DNA of 64,000 bases, taken from contig OZ024744.1 in assembly GCA_964016885.1 (NCBI GenBank), positions 107,446,001 to 107,510,000 of the forward strand. The letters are read 5' to 3'. How positions within the stretch are numbered: the first letter of the stretch is position 1; each line of letters begins with the position of its first letter. The notes beneath the pieces are model-generated. The model had not been told where the DNA came from, did no database searches, and was given only the letters and a program-made list of their open reading frames with translations. The stretch is from Eledone cirrhosa. Taxonomy: Eukaryota. Below, one piece after another: positions 39,801-53,715 of the stretch. Made by a program: the position numbers and the translations under genes.

Positions 39801-42800
39801 TGCCGTGTCACCTGGTGACCTCTTTACAGTGTGTGCTGGGTGATTGTTGCCTTGTCACCTGGTGACCTCTTTACAGTGTGTACTGGGTAATTGTTGCCAT
39901 GTCACCTGGTGACCACTTTACAGTGTGTACTGGGTGACTGTTGTTGTGTCGCCTACACGACCTCTTTACAGTGTGTACTGGGTGATTGTTGCCGTGTCGC
40001 CTACACGACCTCTTTACAGTGTGTACTGGGTGATTGTTGCCGTGTTGCCTACACGACCTCTTTACAGTGTGTCCTGGGTGATTGTTGCCGTGTCGCCTGG
40101 TGACCACTTTACAGTGTGTACTGGGTGATTGTTGCCGTGTCGCCTGGTGACCACTTTACAGTGTGTACTGGGTGATTGTTGCCGTGTCGCCTACACGACC
40201 TCTTTACAGTGTGTACTGGGTGACTGTTGCCGTGTCGCCTACACAACCTCTTTACAGTGTGTACTGGGTGATTGTTGCCGTGTCGCCTGGTGACCACTTT
40301 ACAGTGTGTACTGGGTGATTGTTGCCGTGTCGCCTACACGACCTCTTTACAGTGTGTACTGGGTGATTGTTGCCGTGTCACCTACACAACCTCTTTACAG
40401 TGTGTACTGGGTGATTGTTGCCGTGTCGCCTACACGACCTCTTTACAGTGTGTACTGGGTGATTTTTGCCGTGTCGCCTGGTGACCACTTTACAGTGTGT
40501 ACTGGGTGATTGTTGCCGTGTTGCCTACACAACCTCTTTACAGTGTGTACTGGGTGATTGTTGTCGTGACACCTGGTGACCTCTTTACAGTGTGTACTGG
40601 GTGATTGTTGCCGTGTTGCCTACACGACCTCTTTACAGTGTGTACTGGGTGATTGTTGCTGTGTTGCCTACACGACCTCTTTACAGTGTGTACTGGGTGA
40701 TTGTTGCCGTGTTGCCTACACGACCTCTTTACAGTGTGTGCTGGGTGATTGTTGCCGTGTCGCCTACACAACTACTTTACAGTGTGTGCTGGGTGATTGT
40801 TGCCGGGTCGCCTACACAACCACTTTACAGTGTGTGCTGGGTGATTGTTGCCGTGTCGCCTACACAAACTCTTTACAGTGTGTACTGGGTGATTGTTGCC
40901 GTGTTGCCTACACGACCACTTTACAGTGTGTACTGGGTGATTGTTGCCGTGTCGCCTACGCGACCTCTTTAGAGTGTGTACTGGGTGATTGTTGCCGTGA
41001 CACCTACACAACCTCTTTACAGTGTGTGCTGGGTGATTGTTGTCGTGTTGCCTACACGACCACTTTACAGTGTGTACTGGGTGATTGTTGCCGTGTCGCC
41101 TACACGACCTCTTTAGTGTGTACTGGGTGATTGTTGCCGTGTCGCCTACACAACCTCTTTACAGTGTGTGCTGGGTGATTGTTGCCGTGACACCTACACA
41201 ACCTCTTTACAGTGTGTGCTGGGTGATTGTTGTCGTGACACCTGGTGACCTCTTTACAGTGTGTACTGGGTGATTGTTGCCGTGACACCTGCTGACCTCT
41301 TTACAGTGTGTACTGGGTGATTGTTGCCGTGACACATGGTGACCTCTTTACAGTGTGTACTGGGTGATTGTTGCCGTGTCGCCTACACGACCTCTTTACA
41401 GTGTGTACTGGGTGATTATTGCCGTGTCGCCTACACGACCTCTTTACAGTGTGTACTGGGTGATTGTTGTCGTGACACCTGGTGACCTCTTTACAGTGTG
41501 TACTGGGTGATTGTTGCCGTGTCGCCTACACGACCTCTTTACAGTGTGTACTGGGTGATTGTTGTCGTGACACCTGGTGACCTCTTTACAGTGTGTACTG
41601 GGTGATTGTTGCCGTGTCGCCTACACGACCTCTTTACAGTGTGTACTGGGTGACTGTTGCCGTGTTGCCTGGTGACCTCTTTACAGTGTGTGCTGGGTGA
41701 TTGTTGCCGTGTCACCTGGTGACCTCTTTACAGTGTGTACTGGGTGATTGTTGTCGTGTCACCTGGTGACCTCTTTACAGTGTGTGCTGGGTGATTGTTG
41801 CCGTGTCACCTGGTGACCACTTTACAGTGTGTACTGGGTGATTGTTGCCGTGTCGCCTACACGACCTCTTTACAGTGTGTGCTGGGTGATTGTTGCCGTG
41901 TTGCCTACACGACCTCTTTACAGTGCGTGCTGGGTGATTGTTGCCGTGTCACCTGGTGACCACTTTACAGTGTGTACTGGGTGATTGTTGCCGTGTCGCC
42001 TACACGACCTCTTTACAGTGTGTGCTGGGTGATTGTTGCCGTGTTGCCTACACGACCTCATTACAGTGTGTGCTGGGTGATTGTTGCCGTGTCACCTGGT
42101 GACCTCTTTACAGTGTGTGCTGGGTGATTGTTGCCGTGTCACCTGGTGACCTCTTTACAGTGTGTACTGGGTGATTGTTGCCGTGTCACCTGGTGACCAC
42201 TTTACAGTGTGTACTGGGTGACTGTTGTTGTGACGCCTACACGACCTCTTTACAGTGTGTACTGGGTGATTGTTGCCGTGTCGCCTACACGACCTCTTTA
42301 CAGTGTGTACTGGGTGATTGTTGCCGTGTTGCCTACACGACCTCTTTACAGTGTGTACTGGGTGATTGTTGCCGTGTCGCCTGGTGACCACTTTACAGTG
42401 TGTACTGGGTGATTGTTGCCGTGTCGCCTGGTGACCACTTTACAGTGTGTACTGGGTGATTGTTGCCGTGTCACCTGGTGACCACTTTACAGTGTGTACT
42501 GGGTGATTGTTGCCGTGTCGCCTACACGACCTCTTTACAGTGTGTGCTGGGTGATTGTTGCCGTGTTGCCTACACGACCTCTTTACAGTGTGTGCTGGGT
42601 GATTGTTGCCGTGTCACCTGGTGACCTCTTTACAGTGTGTGCTGGGTGATTGTTGCCTTGTCACCTGGTGACCTCTTTACAGTGTGTACTGGGTGATTGT
42701 TGCCGTGTCACCTGGTGACCACTTTACAGTGTGTACTGGGTGACTGTTGTTGTGTCGCCTACACGACCTCTTTACAGTGTGTACTGGGTGATTGTTGCCG

Positions 42801-45800
42801 TGTCGCCTACACGACCTCTTTACAGTGTGTACTGGGTGATTGTTGCCGTGTTGCCTACACGACCTCTTTACAGTGTGTACTGGGTGATTGTTGCCGTGTC
42901 GCCTGGTGACCACTTTACAGTGTGTACTGGGTGATTGTTGCCGTGTCGCCTGGTGACCACTTTACAGTGTGTACTGGGTGATTGTTGCCGTGTCGCCTAC
43001 ACGACCTCTTTACAGTGTGTACTGGGTGACTGTTGCCGTGTCGCCTACACAACCTCTTTACAGTGTGTACCGGGTGATTGTTGCCGTGTCGCCTGGTGAC
43101 CACTTTACAGTGTGTACTGGGTGATTGTTGCTGTGTCGCCTACACGACCTCTTTACAGTGTGTACTGGGTGATTGTTGCCGTGTCACCTACACAACCTCT
43201 TTACAGTGTGTACTGGGTGATTGTTGCCGTGTCGCCTACACGACCTCTTTACAGTGTGTACTGGGTGATTGTTGCCGTGTCGCCTGGTGACCACTTTACA
43301 GTATGTACTGGGTGATTGTTGCCGTGTTGCCTACACGACCTCTTTACAGTGTGTACTGGGTGATTGTTGTCGTGACACCTGGTGACCTCTTTACAGTGTG
43401 TACTGGGTGATTGTTGCCGTGTTGCCTACACGACCTCTTTACAGTGTGTACTGGGTGATTGTTGCCGTGTTGCCTACACGACCTCTTTACAGTGTGTACT
43501 GGGTGATTGTTGCCGTTTCACCTACACGACCACTTTACAGTGTGTACTGGGTGATTGTTGCCGTGTCGCCTGGTGACCACTTTACAGTGTGTACTGGGTG
43601 ATTGTTGCCGTGTTGCCTACACGACCTCTTTACAGTGTGTACTGGGTGATTGTTGTCGTGACACCTGGTGACCTCTTTACAGTGTGTACTGGGTGATTGT
43701 TGCCGTGTTGCCTACACGACCTCTTTACAGTGTGTGCTGGGTGATTGTTGCCGTGTTGCCTACACGACCTCTTTACAGTGTGTGCTGGGTGATTGTTGCC
43801 GTGTTGCCTACACAACCTCTTTACAGTGTGTACTGGGTGATTGTTGCCGTGTCACCTACACGACCACTTTACAGTGTGTACTGGGTGATTGTTGCCGTGA
43901 CACCTGGTGACCTCTTTACAGTGTGTACTGGGTGATTGTTGCCGTGACGCCTGGTGACCACTTTACAGTGTGTACTGGGTGATTGTTGCCGTGTCGCCTA
44001 CACGACCTCTTTACAGTGTGTGCTGGGTGATTGTTGCCGTGTTGCCTACACAACCTCTTTACAGTGTGTGCTGGGTGATTGTTGCCGTGTCACCTGGTGA
44101 CCTCTTTACAGTGTGTGCTGGGTGATTGTTGCCGTGTCACCTGGTGACCACTTTACAGTGTGTGCTGGGTGATTGTTGCTGTGTCACCTGGTGACCTCTT
44201 TACAGTGTGTACTGGGTGATTATTGCCGTGTCACCTGGTGACCTCTTTACAGTGTGTACTGGGTGATTGTTGCCGTGTCGCCTACACGACCTCTTTACAG
44301 TGTGTGCTGGGTGATTGTTGCCGTGTTGCCTACACGACATCTTTACAGTGTGTGCTGGGTGATTGTTGCCGTGTCACCTGGTGACCTCTTTACAGTGTGT
44401 ACTGGGTGATTGTTGCCGTGTCACCTGGTGACCACTTTACAGTGTGTCATGGGTGACTGTTGTTGTGTCGCCTACACGACCTCTTTACAGTGTGTACTGG
44501 GTGATTGTTGCCGTGTCGCCTACACGACCTCTTTACAGTGTGTACTGGGTGATTGTTGCCGTGTTGCCTACACGACCTCTTTACAGTGTGTACTGGGTGA
44601 TTGTTGCCGTGTCGCCTGGTGACCTCTTTACAGTGTGTACTGGGTGATTGTTGCCGTGTCGCCTGGTGACCACTTTACAGTGTGTACTGGGTGATTGTTG
44701 CCGTGTCGCCTGGTGACCACTTTACAGTGTGTACTGGGTGATTGTTGCCGTGTCGCCTACACGACCTCTTTACAGTGTGTACTGGGTGACTGTTGCCGTG
44801 TCGCCTACACAACCTCTTTACAGTGTGTACCGGGTGATTGTTGCCGTGTCGCCTGGTGACCACTTTACAGTGTGTACTGGGTGATTGTTGCTGTGTCGCC
44901 TACACGACCTCTTTACAGTGTGTACTGGGTGATTGTTGCCGTGTCACCTACACAACCTCTTTACAGTGTGTACTGGGTGATTGTTGCCGTGTCGCCTACA
45001 CGACCTCTTTACAGTGTGTACTGGGTGATTGTTGCCGTGTCGCCTGGTGACCACTTTACAGTGTGTACTGGGTGATTGTTGCCGTGTTGCCTACACGACC
45101 TCTTTACAGTGTGTACTGGGTGATTGTTGTCGTGACACCTGGTGACCTCTTTACAGTGTGTACTGGGTGATTGTTGCCGTGTTGCCTACACGACCTCTTT
45201 ACAGTCTGTACTGGGTGATTGTTGCCGTGTTGCCTACACGACCTCTTTACAGTGTGTACTGGGTGATTGTTGCCGTTTCACCTACACGACCACTTTACAG
45301 TGTGTACTGGGTGATTGTTGCCGTGTCGCCTGGTGACCACTTTACAGTGTGTACTGGGTGATTGTTGCCGTGTTGCCTACACGACCTCTTTACAGTGTGT
45401 ACTGGGTGATTGTTGTCGTGACAGCTGGTGACCTCTTTACAGTGTGTACTGGGTGACTGTTGCCGTGTTGCCTACACGACCTCTTTACAGTGTGTGCTGG
45501 GTGATTGTTGCCGTGTTGCCTACACGACCTCTTTACAGTGTGTGCTGGGTGATTGTTGCCGTGTTGCCTACACAACCTCTTTACAGTGTGTACTGGGTGA
45601 TTGTTGCCGTGTCACCTACACGACCACTTTACAGTGTGTACTGGGTGATTGTTACCGTGACACCTGGTGACCTCTTTACAGTGTGTACTGGGTGATTGTT
45701 GCCGTGACGCCTGGTGACCACTTTACAGTGTGTACTGGGTGATTGTTGCCGTGTCGCCTACACGACCTCTTTACAGTGTGTGCTGGGTGATTGTTGCCGT

Positions 45801-48800
45801 GTTGCCTACACGACCTCTTTACAGTGTGTGCTGGGTGATTGTTGCCGTGTCACCTGGTGACCTCTTTACAGTGTGTGCTGGGTGATTGTTGCCGTGTCAC
45901 CTGGTGACCACTTTACAGTGTGTGCTGGGTGATTGTTGCTGTGTCACCTGGTGACCTCTTTACAGTGTGTACTGGGTGATTATTGCCGTGTCACCTGGTG
46001 ACCTCTTTACAGTGTGTACTGGGTGATTGTTGCCGTGTCGCCTACACGACCTCTTTACAGTGTGTGCTGGGTGATTGTTGCCGTGTTGCCTACACGACAT
46101 CTTTACAGTGTGTGCTGGGTGATTGTTGCCGTGTCACCTGGTGACCTCTTTACAGTGTGTACTGGGTGATTGTTGCCATGTCACCTGGTGACCACTTTAC
46201 AGTGTGTCATGGGTGACTGTTGTTGTGTCGCCTACACGACCTCTTTACAGTGTGTACTGGGTGATTGTTGCCGTGTCGCCTACACGACCTCTTTACAGTG
46301 TGTACTGGGTGATTGTTGCCGTGTTGCCTACACGACCTCTTTACAGTGTGTACTGGGTGATTGTTGCCGTGTCGCCTGGTGACCACTTTACAGTGTGTAC
46401 TGGGTGATTGTTGCCGTGTCGCCTGGTGACCACTTTACAGTGTGTACTGGGTGATTGTTGCCGTGTTGCCTACACGACCTCTTTACAGTGTGTGCTGGGT
46501 GACTGTTGCCGTGTCACCTGGTGACCTCTTTACAGTGTGTGCTGGGTGATTGTTGCCGTGTCACCTGGTGACCTCTTTACAGTGTGTACTGGGTGATTGT
46601 TGCCGTGTCACCTGGTGACCACTTTACAGTGTGTCATGGGTGACTGTTGTTGTGTCGCCTACACGACCTCTTTACAGTGTGTACTGGGTGATTGTTGCCG
46701 TGTCGCCTACACGACCTCTTTACAGTGTGTACTGGGTGATTGTTGCCGTGTTGCCTACACGACCTCTTTACAGTGTGTACTGGGTGATTGTTGCCGTGTC
46801 GCCTGGTGACCACTTTACAGTGTGTACTGGGTGATTGTTGCCGTGTCGCCTGGTGACCACTTTACAGTGTGTACTGGGTGATTTTTGCCGTGTTGCCTAC
46901 ACGACCTCTTTACAGTGTGTGCTGGGTGACTGTTGCCGTGTCACCTGGTGACCTCTTTACAGTGTGTGCTGGGTGATTGTTGCCGTGTCACCTGGTGACC
47001 TCTTTACAGTGTGTACTGGGTGATTGTTGCCGTGTCACCTGCTGACCACTTTACAGTGTGTACTGGGTGACTGTTGTGTTGCCTACACGACCTCTTTACA
47101 GTGTGTACTGGGTGATTGTTGCCGTGTCGCCTACACGACCTCTTTACAGTGTGTACTGGGTGATTGTTGCCGTGTTGCCTACACGACCTCTTTACAGTGT
47201 GTACTGGGTGATTGTTGCCGTGTCGCCTGGTGACCGCTTTACAGTGTGTACTGGGTGATTGTTGCAGTGTCGCCTGGTGACCACTTTACAGTGTGTACTG
47301 GGTGATTGTTGTCGTGACACCTGGTGACCTCTTTACAGTGTGTACTGGGTGATTGTTGCCGTGTTGCCTACACGGCCTCTTTACAGTGTGTACTGGGTGA
47401 TTGTTGCCGTGCTGCCTACACGACCTCTTTACAGTGTGTACTGGGTGATTGTTGCCATGTCGCCTACACGACCTCTTTACAGTGTGTGCTGGGTGATTGT
47501 TGCCGTGTCGCCTACACAACCACTTTACAGTGTGTGCTGGGTGATTGTTGCCGGGTCGCCTACACAACCACTTTACAGTGTGTGCTGGGTGATTGTTGCC
47601 GTGTCGCCTACACAACCTCTTTACAGTGTGTACTGGGTGATTGTTGCCGTGTTGCCTACACGACCACTTTACAGTGTGTACTGGGTGATTGTTGCCGTGT
47701 CGCCTACACGACCTCTTTACAGTGTGTACTGGGTGATTGTTGCCGTGACACCTACACAACCTCTTTACAGTGTGTGCTGGGTGATTGTTGTCGTGTTGCC
47801 TACACGACCACTTTACAGTGTGTACTGGGTGATTGTTGCCGTGTCGCCTACACGACCTCTTTACAGTGTGTACTGGGTGATTGTTGTCGTGACACCTGGT
47901 GACCTCTTTACAGTGTGTACTGGGTGATTGTTGCCGTGACACCTGGTGACCTCTTTACAGTGTGTACTGGGTGATTGTTGCCGTGACACCTGGTGACCTC
48001 TTTACAGTGTGTACTGGGTGATTGTTGCCGTGTCGCCTACACGACCTCTTTACAGTGTGTACTGGGTGATTGTTGCCGTGTCGCCTACACAACCTCTTTA
48101 CAGTGTGTGCTGGGTGATTGTTGCCGTGACACCTACACAACCTCTTTACTGTGTGTGCTGGGTGATTGTTGTCGTGACACTTGGTGACCTCTTTACAGTG
48201 TGTACTGGGTGATAGTTGCCGTGACACCTGGTGACCTCTTTACAGTGTGTACTGGGTGATTGTTGCTGTGACACCTGGTGACCTCTTTACAGTGTGTACT
48301 GGGTGATTGTTGCCGTGTCGCCTACACGACCTCTTTACAGTGTGTACTGGGTGATTGTTGCCGTGTCGCCTACACGACCTCTTTACAGTGTGTACTGGGT
48401 GATTGTTGTCGTGACACCTGGTGACCTCTTTACAGTGTGTACTGGGTGATTGTTGCCGTGTCGCCTACACGACCTCTTTACAGTGTGTACTGGGTGACTG
48501 TTGCCGTGTTGCCTGGTGACCTATTTACAGTGTGTGCTGGGTGATTGTTCCCGTGTCGCCTACACGATCTCTTTACAGTGTGTACTGGGTGACTGTTGCC
48601 GTGTTGCCTACACAACCTCTTTACAGTGTGTACTGGGCGATTGTTGCCGTGTCGCCTACACGACCTCTTTACAGTGTGTACTGGGTGATTGTTGCCGTGT
48701 CGCCTACACGACCTCTTTACAGTGTGTACTGGGTGATTGTTGCCGTGTCACCTACACAACCTCTTTACAGTGTGTACTGGGTGATTGTTGCTGTGTTGCC

Positions 48801-51800
48801 TCCACGACCTCTTTACAGTGTGTACTGGGTGATCGTTGCCGTGACACCTGGTGACCTCTTTACAGTGTGTACTGGGTGATTGTTGCCGTGTCACCTGGTG
48901 ACCTCTTTACAGTGTGTACTGGGTGATTGTTGCCGTGTCGCCTACACAACCTCTTTACAGTGTGTGCTGGGTGATTGTTGCCGTGACACCTGGTGTCCAC
49001 TTTACAGTGTGTGCTGGGTGGTTGTTGCCGTGTCACCTGGTGACCTCTTTACAGTGTGTACTGGGTGATTGTTGCCGTGTCGCCTGGTGACCTCTTTACA
49101 GTGTGTACTGGGTGATTGTTGCCGTGTCGCCTACACGACCTCTTTACAGTGTGTACTGGGTGATTGTTGCCGTGTCGCCTACACGACCTCTTTACAGTGT
49201 GTGCTGGGTGATTGTTGCCGTGTCGCCTACACGACCTCTTTACAGTGTGTACTGGGTGATTGTTGCCGTGTCGCCTACACAACCTCTTTACAGTGTGTGC
49301 TGGGTGATTGTTGCCGTGTCGCCTACACGACCTCTTTACAGTGTGTACTGGGTGATTGTTGCCGTGTCGCCTACACGACCTCTTCACAGTGTGTGCTGGG
49401 TGATTGTTGCCGTGTCGCCTACACGACCTCTTTACAGTGTGTGCTGGGTGATTGTTGCCGTGTTGCCTACACGACCTCTTTACAGTGTGTACTGGGTGAT
49501 TGTTGCCGTGTCGCCTACACAACCTCTTTACAGTGTGTGCTGGGTGATTGTTGCCGTGTCGCCTACACGACCTCTTTACAGTGTGTGCTCGGTGATTGTT
49601 GCTGTGTCGCCTACACGACCTCTTTACAGTGTGTACTGGGTGATTGTTGCCGTGTCGCCTACACAACTTGTTTACAGTGTGTGCTGGGTGATTGTTGCCG
49701 TGACACCTGGTGACCACTTTACAGTGTGTGCTGGGTGATTGTTGCCGTGTCACCTGGTGACCTCTTTACAGTGTGTACTGGGTGATTGTTGCCGTGTCGC
49801 CTGGTGACCTCTTTACAGTGTGTACTGGGTGATTGTTGCCGTGTCGCCTACACGACCTCTTTACAGTGTGTACTGGGTGATTGTTGCCGTGTCGCCTACA
49901 CGACCTCTTTACAGTGTGTGCTGGGTGATTGTTGCCGTGTCGCCTACACGACCTCTTTACAGTGTGTACTGGGTGATTGTTGCCGTGACACCTGGTGACC
50001 ACTTTACAGTGTGTACTGGGTGATTGTTGCCCTGTCACCTGGTGACCACTTTACAGTGTGTACTGGGTGATTGTTGCCGTGTTACCTGGTGACCACTTTA
50101 CAGTGTGTACTGGGTGATTGTTGCCGTGTCACCTGGTGACCACTTTACAGTGTGTACTGGGTGATTGTTGCCGTGTCACCTGGTGACCACTTTACAGTGT
50201 GTGCTGGGTGATTGTTGCCGTGTCACCTGGTGACCTCTTTATAGTGTGTACTGGGTGATTGTTGCCGTGTCACCTGGTGACCACTTTACAGTGTGTGCTG
50301 GGTGATTGTTGCCATGTCACCTGGTGACCTCTTTACAGTGTGTACTGGGTGATTGTTGCCGTGTCGCCTGGTGACCTCTTTACAGTGTGTGCTGGGGACC
50401 TCTTTACAGTGTGTGCTGGGTGATTGTTGCCGTGTCACCTGGTGACCACTTTACAGTGTGTACTGGGTGATTGTTGCCGTGTCACCTGGTGACCACTTTA
50501 CAGTGTGTACTGGGTGATTGTTGCCGCGTCGCCTACACGACCTCTTTACAGTGTGTGCTGGGTGATTGTTGCCGTGTCACCTGGTGACCTCTTTACAGTG
50601 TGTACTGGGTGATTGTTGTCGTGTCGCCTGGTGACCTCTTTACAGTGTGTACTGGGTGATTGTTGCCGCGTCGCCTACACGACCTCTTTACAGTGTGTAC
50701 TGGGTGATTGTTGCCGTGTCACCTGGTGACCACTTTACAGTGTGTGCTGGGTGATTGTTGCCGTGTCACCTGGTGACCTCTTTATAGTGTGTACTGGGTG
50801 ATTGTTGCCGTGTCACCTGGTGACCACTTTACAGTGTGTGCTGGGTGATTGTTGCCATGTCACCTGGTGACCTCTTTACAGTGTGTACTGGGTGATTGTT
50901 GCCGTGTCGCCTGGTGACCTCTTTACAGTGTGTGCTGGGGACCTCTTTACAGTGTGTGCTGGGTGATTGTTGCCGTGTCACCTGGTGACCACTTTACAGT
51001 GTGTACTGGGTGATTGTTGCCGTGTCACCTGGTGACCACTTTACAGTGTGTACTGGGTGATTGTTGCCGCGTCGCCTACACGACCTCTTTACAGTGTGTG
51101 CTGGGTGATTGTTGCCGTGTCACCTGGTGACCTCTTTACAGTGTGTACTGGGTGATTGTTGTCGTGTCGCCTGGTGACCTCTTTACAGTGTGTACTGGGT
51201 GATTGTTGCCGCGTCGCCTACACGACCTCTTTACAGTGTGTACTGGGTGATTGTTGCCGTGTCACCTGGTGACCTCTTTACAGTGTGTGCTGGGTGATTG
51301 TTGCCGTGTCACCTGGTGACCACTTTACAGTGTGTACTGGGTGATTGTTGCCGTGTCACCTGGTGACCACTTTACAGTGTGTACTGGGTGATTGTTGCCG
51401 TGTCGCCTACACGACCTCTTTACAGTGTGTGCTGGGTGATTGTTGCCGTGTCGCCTACACGACCTCTTTACAGTGTGTGCTGGGTGATTGTTGCCGTGTC
51501 ACCTGGTGACCACTTTACAGTGTGTGCTGGGTGATTGTTGCCGTGTCACCTGGTGACCACTTTACAGTGTGTGCTGGGTGATTGTTGCCGTGTCACCTGG
51601 TGACCTCTTTACAGTGTGTACTGGGTGATTGTTGCCGTGACACCTGGTGACCTCTTTACAGTGTGTGCTGGGTGATTGTTGCCGTGTCACCTGGTGACCT
51701 CTTTACAGTGTGTACTGGGTGATTGTTGTCGTGTCGCCTGGTGACCTCTTTACAGTGTGTACTGGGTGATTGTTGCCGTGTTGCCTACACAACCTCTTTA

Positions 51801-52622
51801 CAGTGTGTGCTGGGTGATTGTTGCCGTGTCACCTGGTGACCTCTTTACAGTGTGTACTGGGTGATTGTTGCCGTGTCGCCTGGTGACCACTTTACAGTGT
51901 GTGCTGGGTGATTGTTACTGTGTCGCCTACACGACCTCTTTACAGTGTGTACTGGGTGACTGTTGCCGTGTCGCCTACACAACATCTTTACAGTGTGTAC
52001 TGGGTGATTGTTGCCGTGTCGCCTGGTGACCACTTTACAGTGTGTGCTGGGTGATTGTTACCGTGTCGCCTACACGACCTCTTTACAGTGTGTACTGGGT
52101 GACTGTTGCCGTGTCGCCTACACAACATCTTTACAGTGTGTACTGGGTGATTGTTGCCGTGTCGCCTGGTGACCACTTTACAGTGTGTGCTGGGTGATTG
52201 TTGCCGTGACACCTGGTGACCTCTTTACAGTGTGTACTGGGTGATTGTTACCGTGTCGCCTACACGACCTCTTTACAGTGTGTACTGGGTGATTGTTGCC
52301 GTGTTGCCTACACGATCTCTTAACAGTGTGTACTGGGTGATTGTTGTTGTGTCGCCTGGTGACCTCTTTACAGTGTGTGCTGGGTGATTGTTGCCGTGTC
52401 ACCTGGTGACCTCTTTACAGTGTGTACTGGGTGATTGTTGCCGTGTTGCCTACACAACCTCTTTACAGTGTGTGCTGGGTGATTGTTGCCGTGTTGCCTA
52501 CACGATCTCTTAACAGTGTGTACTGGGTGATTGTTGTTGTGTCGCCTGGTGACCTCTTTACAGTGTGTACTGGGTGATTGTTGTTGTGTCGCCTGGTGAC
52601 CACTTTACAGTGTGTACTGGGT
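33826..52622. repeat. Intronic satellite, ~395 units of 47/48 bp (CTTTACAGTGTGTRCTGGGTGATTGTTGCCGTGTYRCCT[ACAC|GGT]GACCW), with higher-order repeats
   Basis: Continuous tandem array inside EP400 intron 32651-52999. Degenerate units continue to ~52760. Confidence 0.98.
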
Positions 52623-52999
52623 ACTTTTTGTATTGATATCGACATGACCACTATAGTGAGGACTGGGTACTCGCTTTTGTCATGACACTTACATGACCAC
52701 TATACTATGGTCTGGGCTCTTTTATCGTGGATCCAAAGGGGATCACTTTATAGAGGAGTGTGGAAGCCTTAGAGGAGTAGGGAATTTGGGGCTGTAGGTA
52801 TAGGGGTGGGGAGATGGTAGGGAATGGTGTTGCCTACTCTGTACCCCCCCCCCCTCTTTGTTACCTGTTTTTGTTTTTCTGTTTATCTTTTGTTTATTTG
52901 TATTGCCTGAATGTCATTGGCCCCAGTGGACAATAAAGAAATTATCATTATTGTTGTTGTAAAATGTCAATTCTTTATGAAATTTTGTCTCCAAAATAG

Positions 53000-53229
53000 C
53001 TCGTAAACAAAAACAACGCAAGGAGGAGCAACTGCGCGTTCCACGGTCGTTGTTTGATCGTCCAACAGCAGCACAGCTTAAGATGCGACGTGAGGCAAAA
53101 ATGCAGAAACTAAAGCATGGATTAATCAAAAATTTCCGTTCCATATCATCTGTGTCCAACAAACAACCCCTGGAACCGGCTGAAGAACATCCAGAATGGT
53201 TAATTCATGAAGATTGGGCATTGTTACAG
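53000..53229 (+). CDS. EP400: EP400/domino exon (RKQKQRK..PRSLFDRP..HPEWLIHEDWALLQ), phase 1/0
   Basis: aatAG| ... CAG|GTaagt. Phase matches the previous exon; matches EP400 PRSLFDR and PEWLISEDWALLQ. Confidence 0.95.
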
Positions 53230-53584
53230 GTAAGTTAAAGTTCAGGATTAAAGTTTTGAGAGACATGTACATTTCTTGTAATTATATCGTATTACTATTT
53301 ATTAACTTGTTCTACAATCATTATTGTTGTTTTACGTCCATTGTTGTGACCAAATTAAAAAGAAATCATTAAAAAATTATCGATTTTTCATTGTTTAAAA
53401 AGATAAAGTGTCTTTAACTCTTGATGTCATCGTAGAGGCACCGTACTGACATATTCTTACTCTTGGGCATTAAAAACCTAGCAGAACATATCACTTTCCA
53501 TGTTGGAACCAGCTGATTTCTTCCAAAGAATGTAAAGAAGAGAGAAAGTGAGATGAAGGGAAATAGAGGAAGAACCATGCCTGG

Positions 53585-53715
53585 ATTGGACTAGTTCTTC
53601 ATTTATCGACCTTAAAAGGATGAAAGGCAAAGTTGACCTCGGCTAGATTTGAACTCAGAACACAGTGTCTCGGAAGAAATAACAAATCATTTGTAATCTT
53701 AACAACTCTGCCAAT
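53585..53715 (-). mobile_element. SINE fragment (Nin/Deu-domain-like)
   Basis: TTTATCGACCTTAAAAGGATGAAAGGCAAAGTTGACCTCGGCTAGATTTGAACTC (B box on the minus strand). Confidence 0.55.

Noticed and set aside
33826-52622. CRISPR-like array
   Set aside because: No unique spacers, no cas genes, eukaryotic intron.
33813-52651. Cys-rich 16-aa repeat protein (metallothionein/keratin-like) ORFs
   Set aside because: Several frames of the 48-bp unit are open by chance, 47-bp units frameshift constantly, and the flanking EP400 exons join in phase without them.
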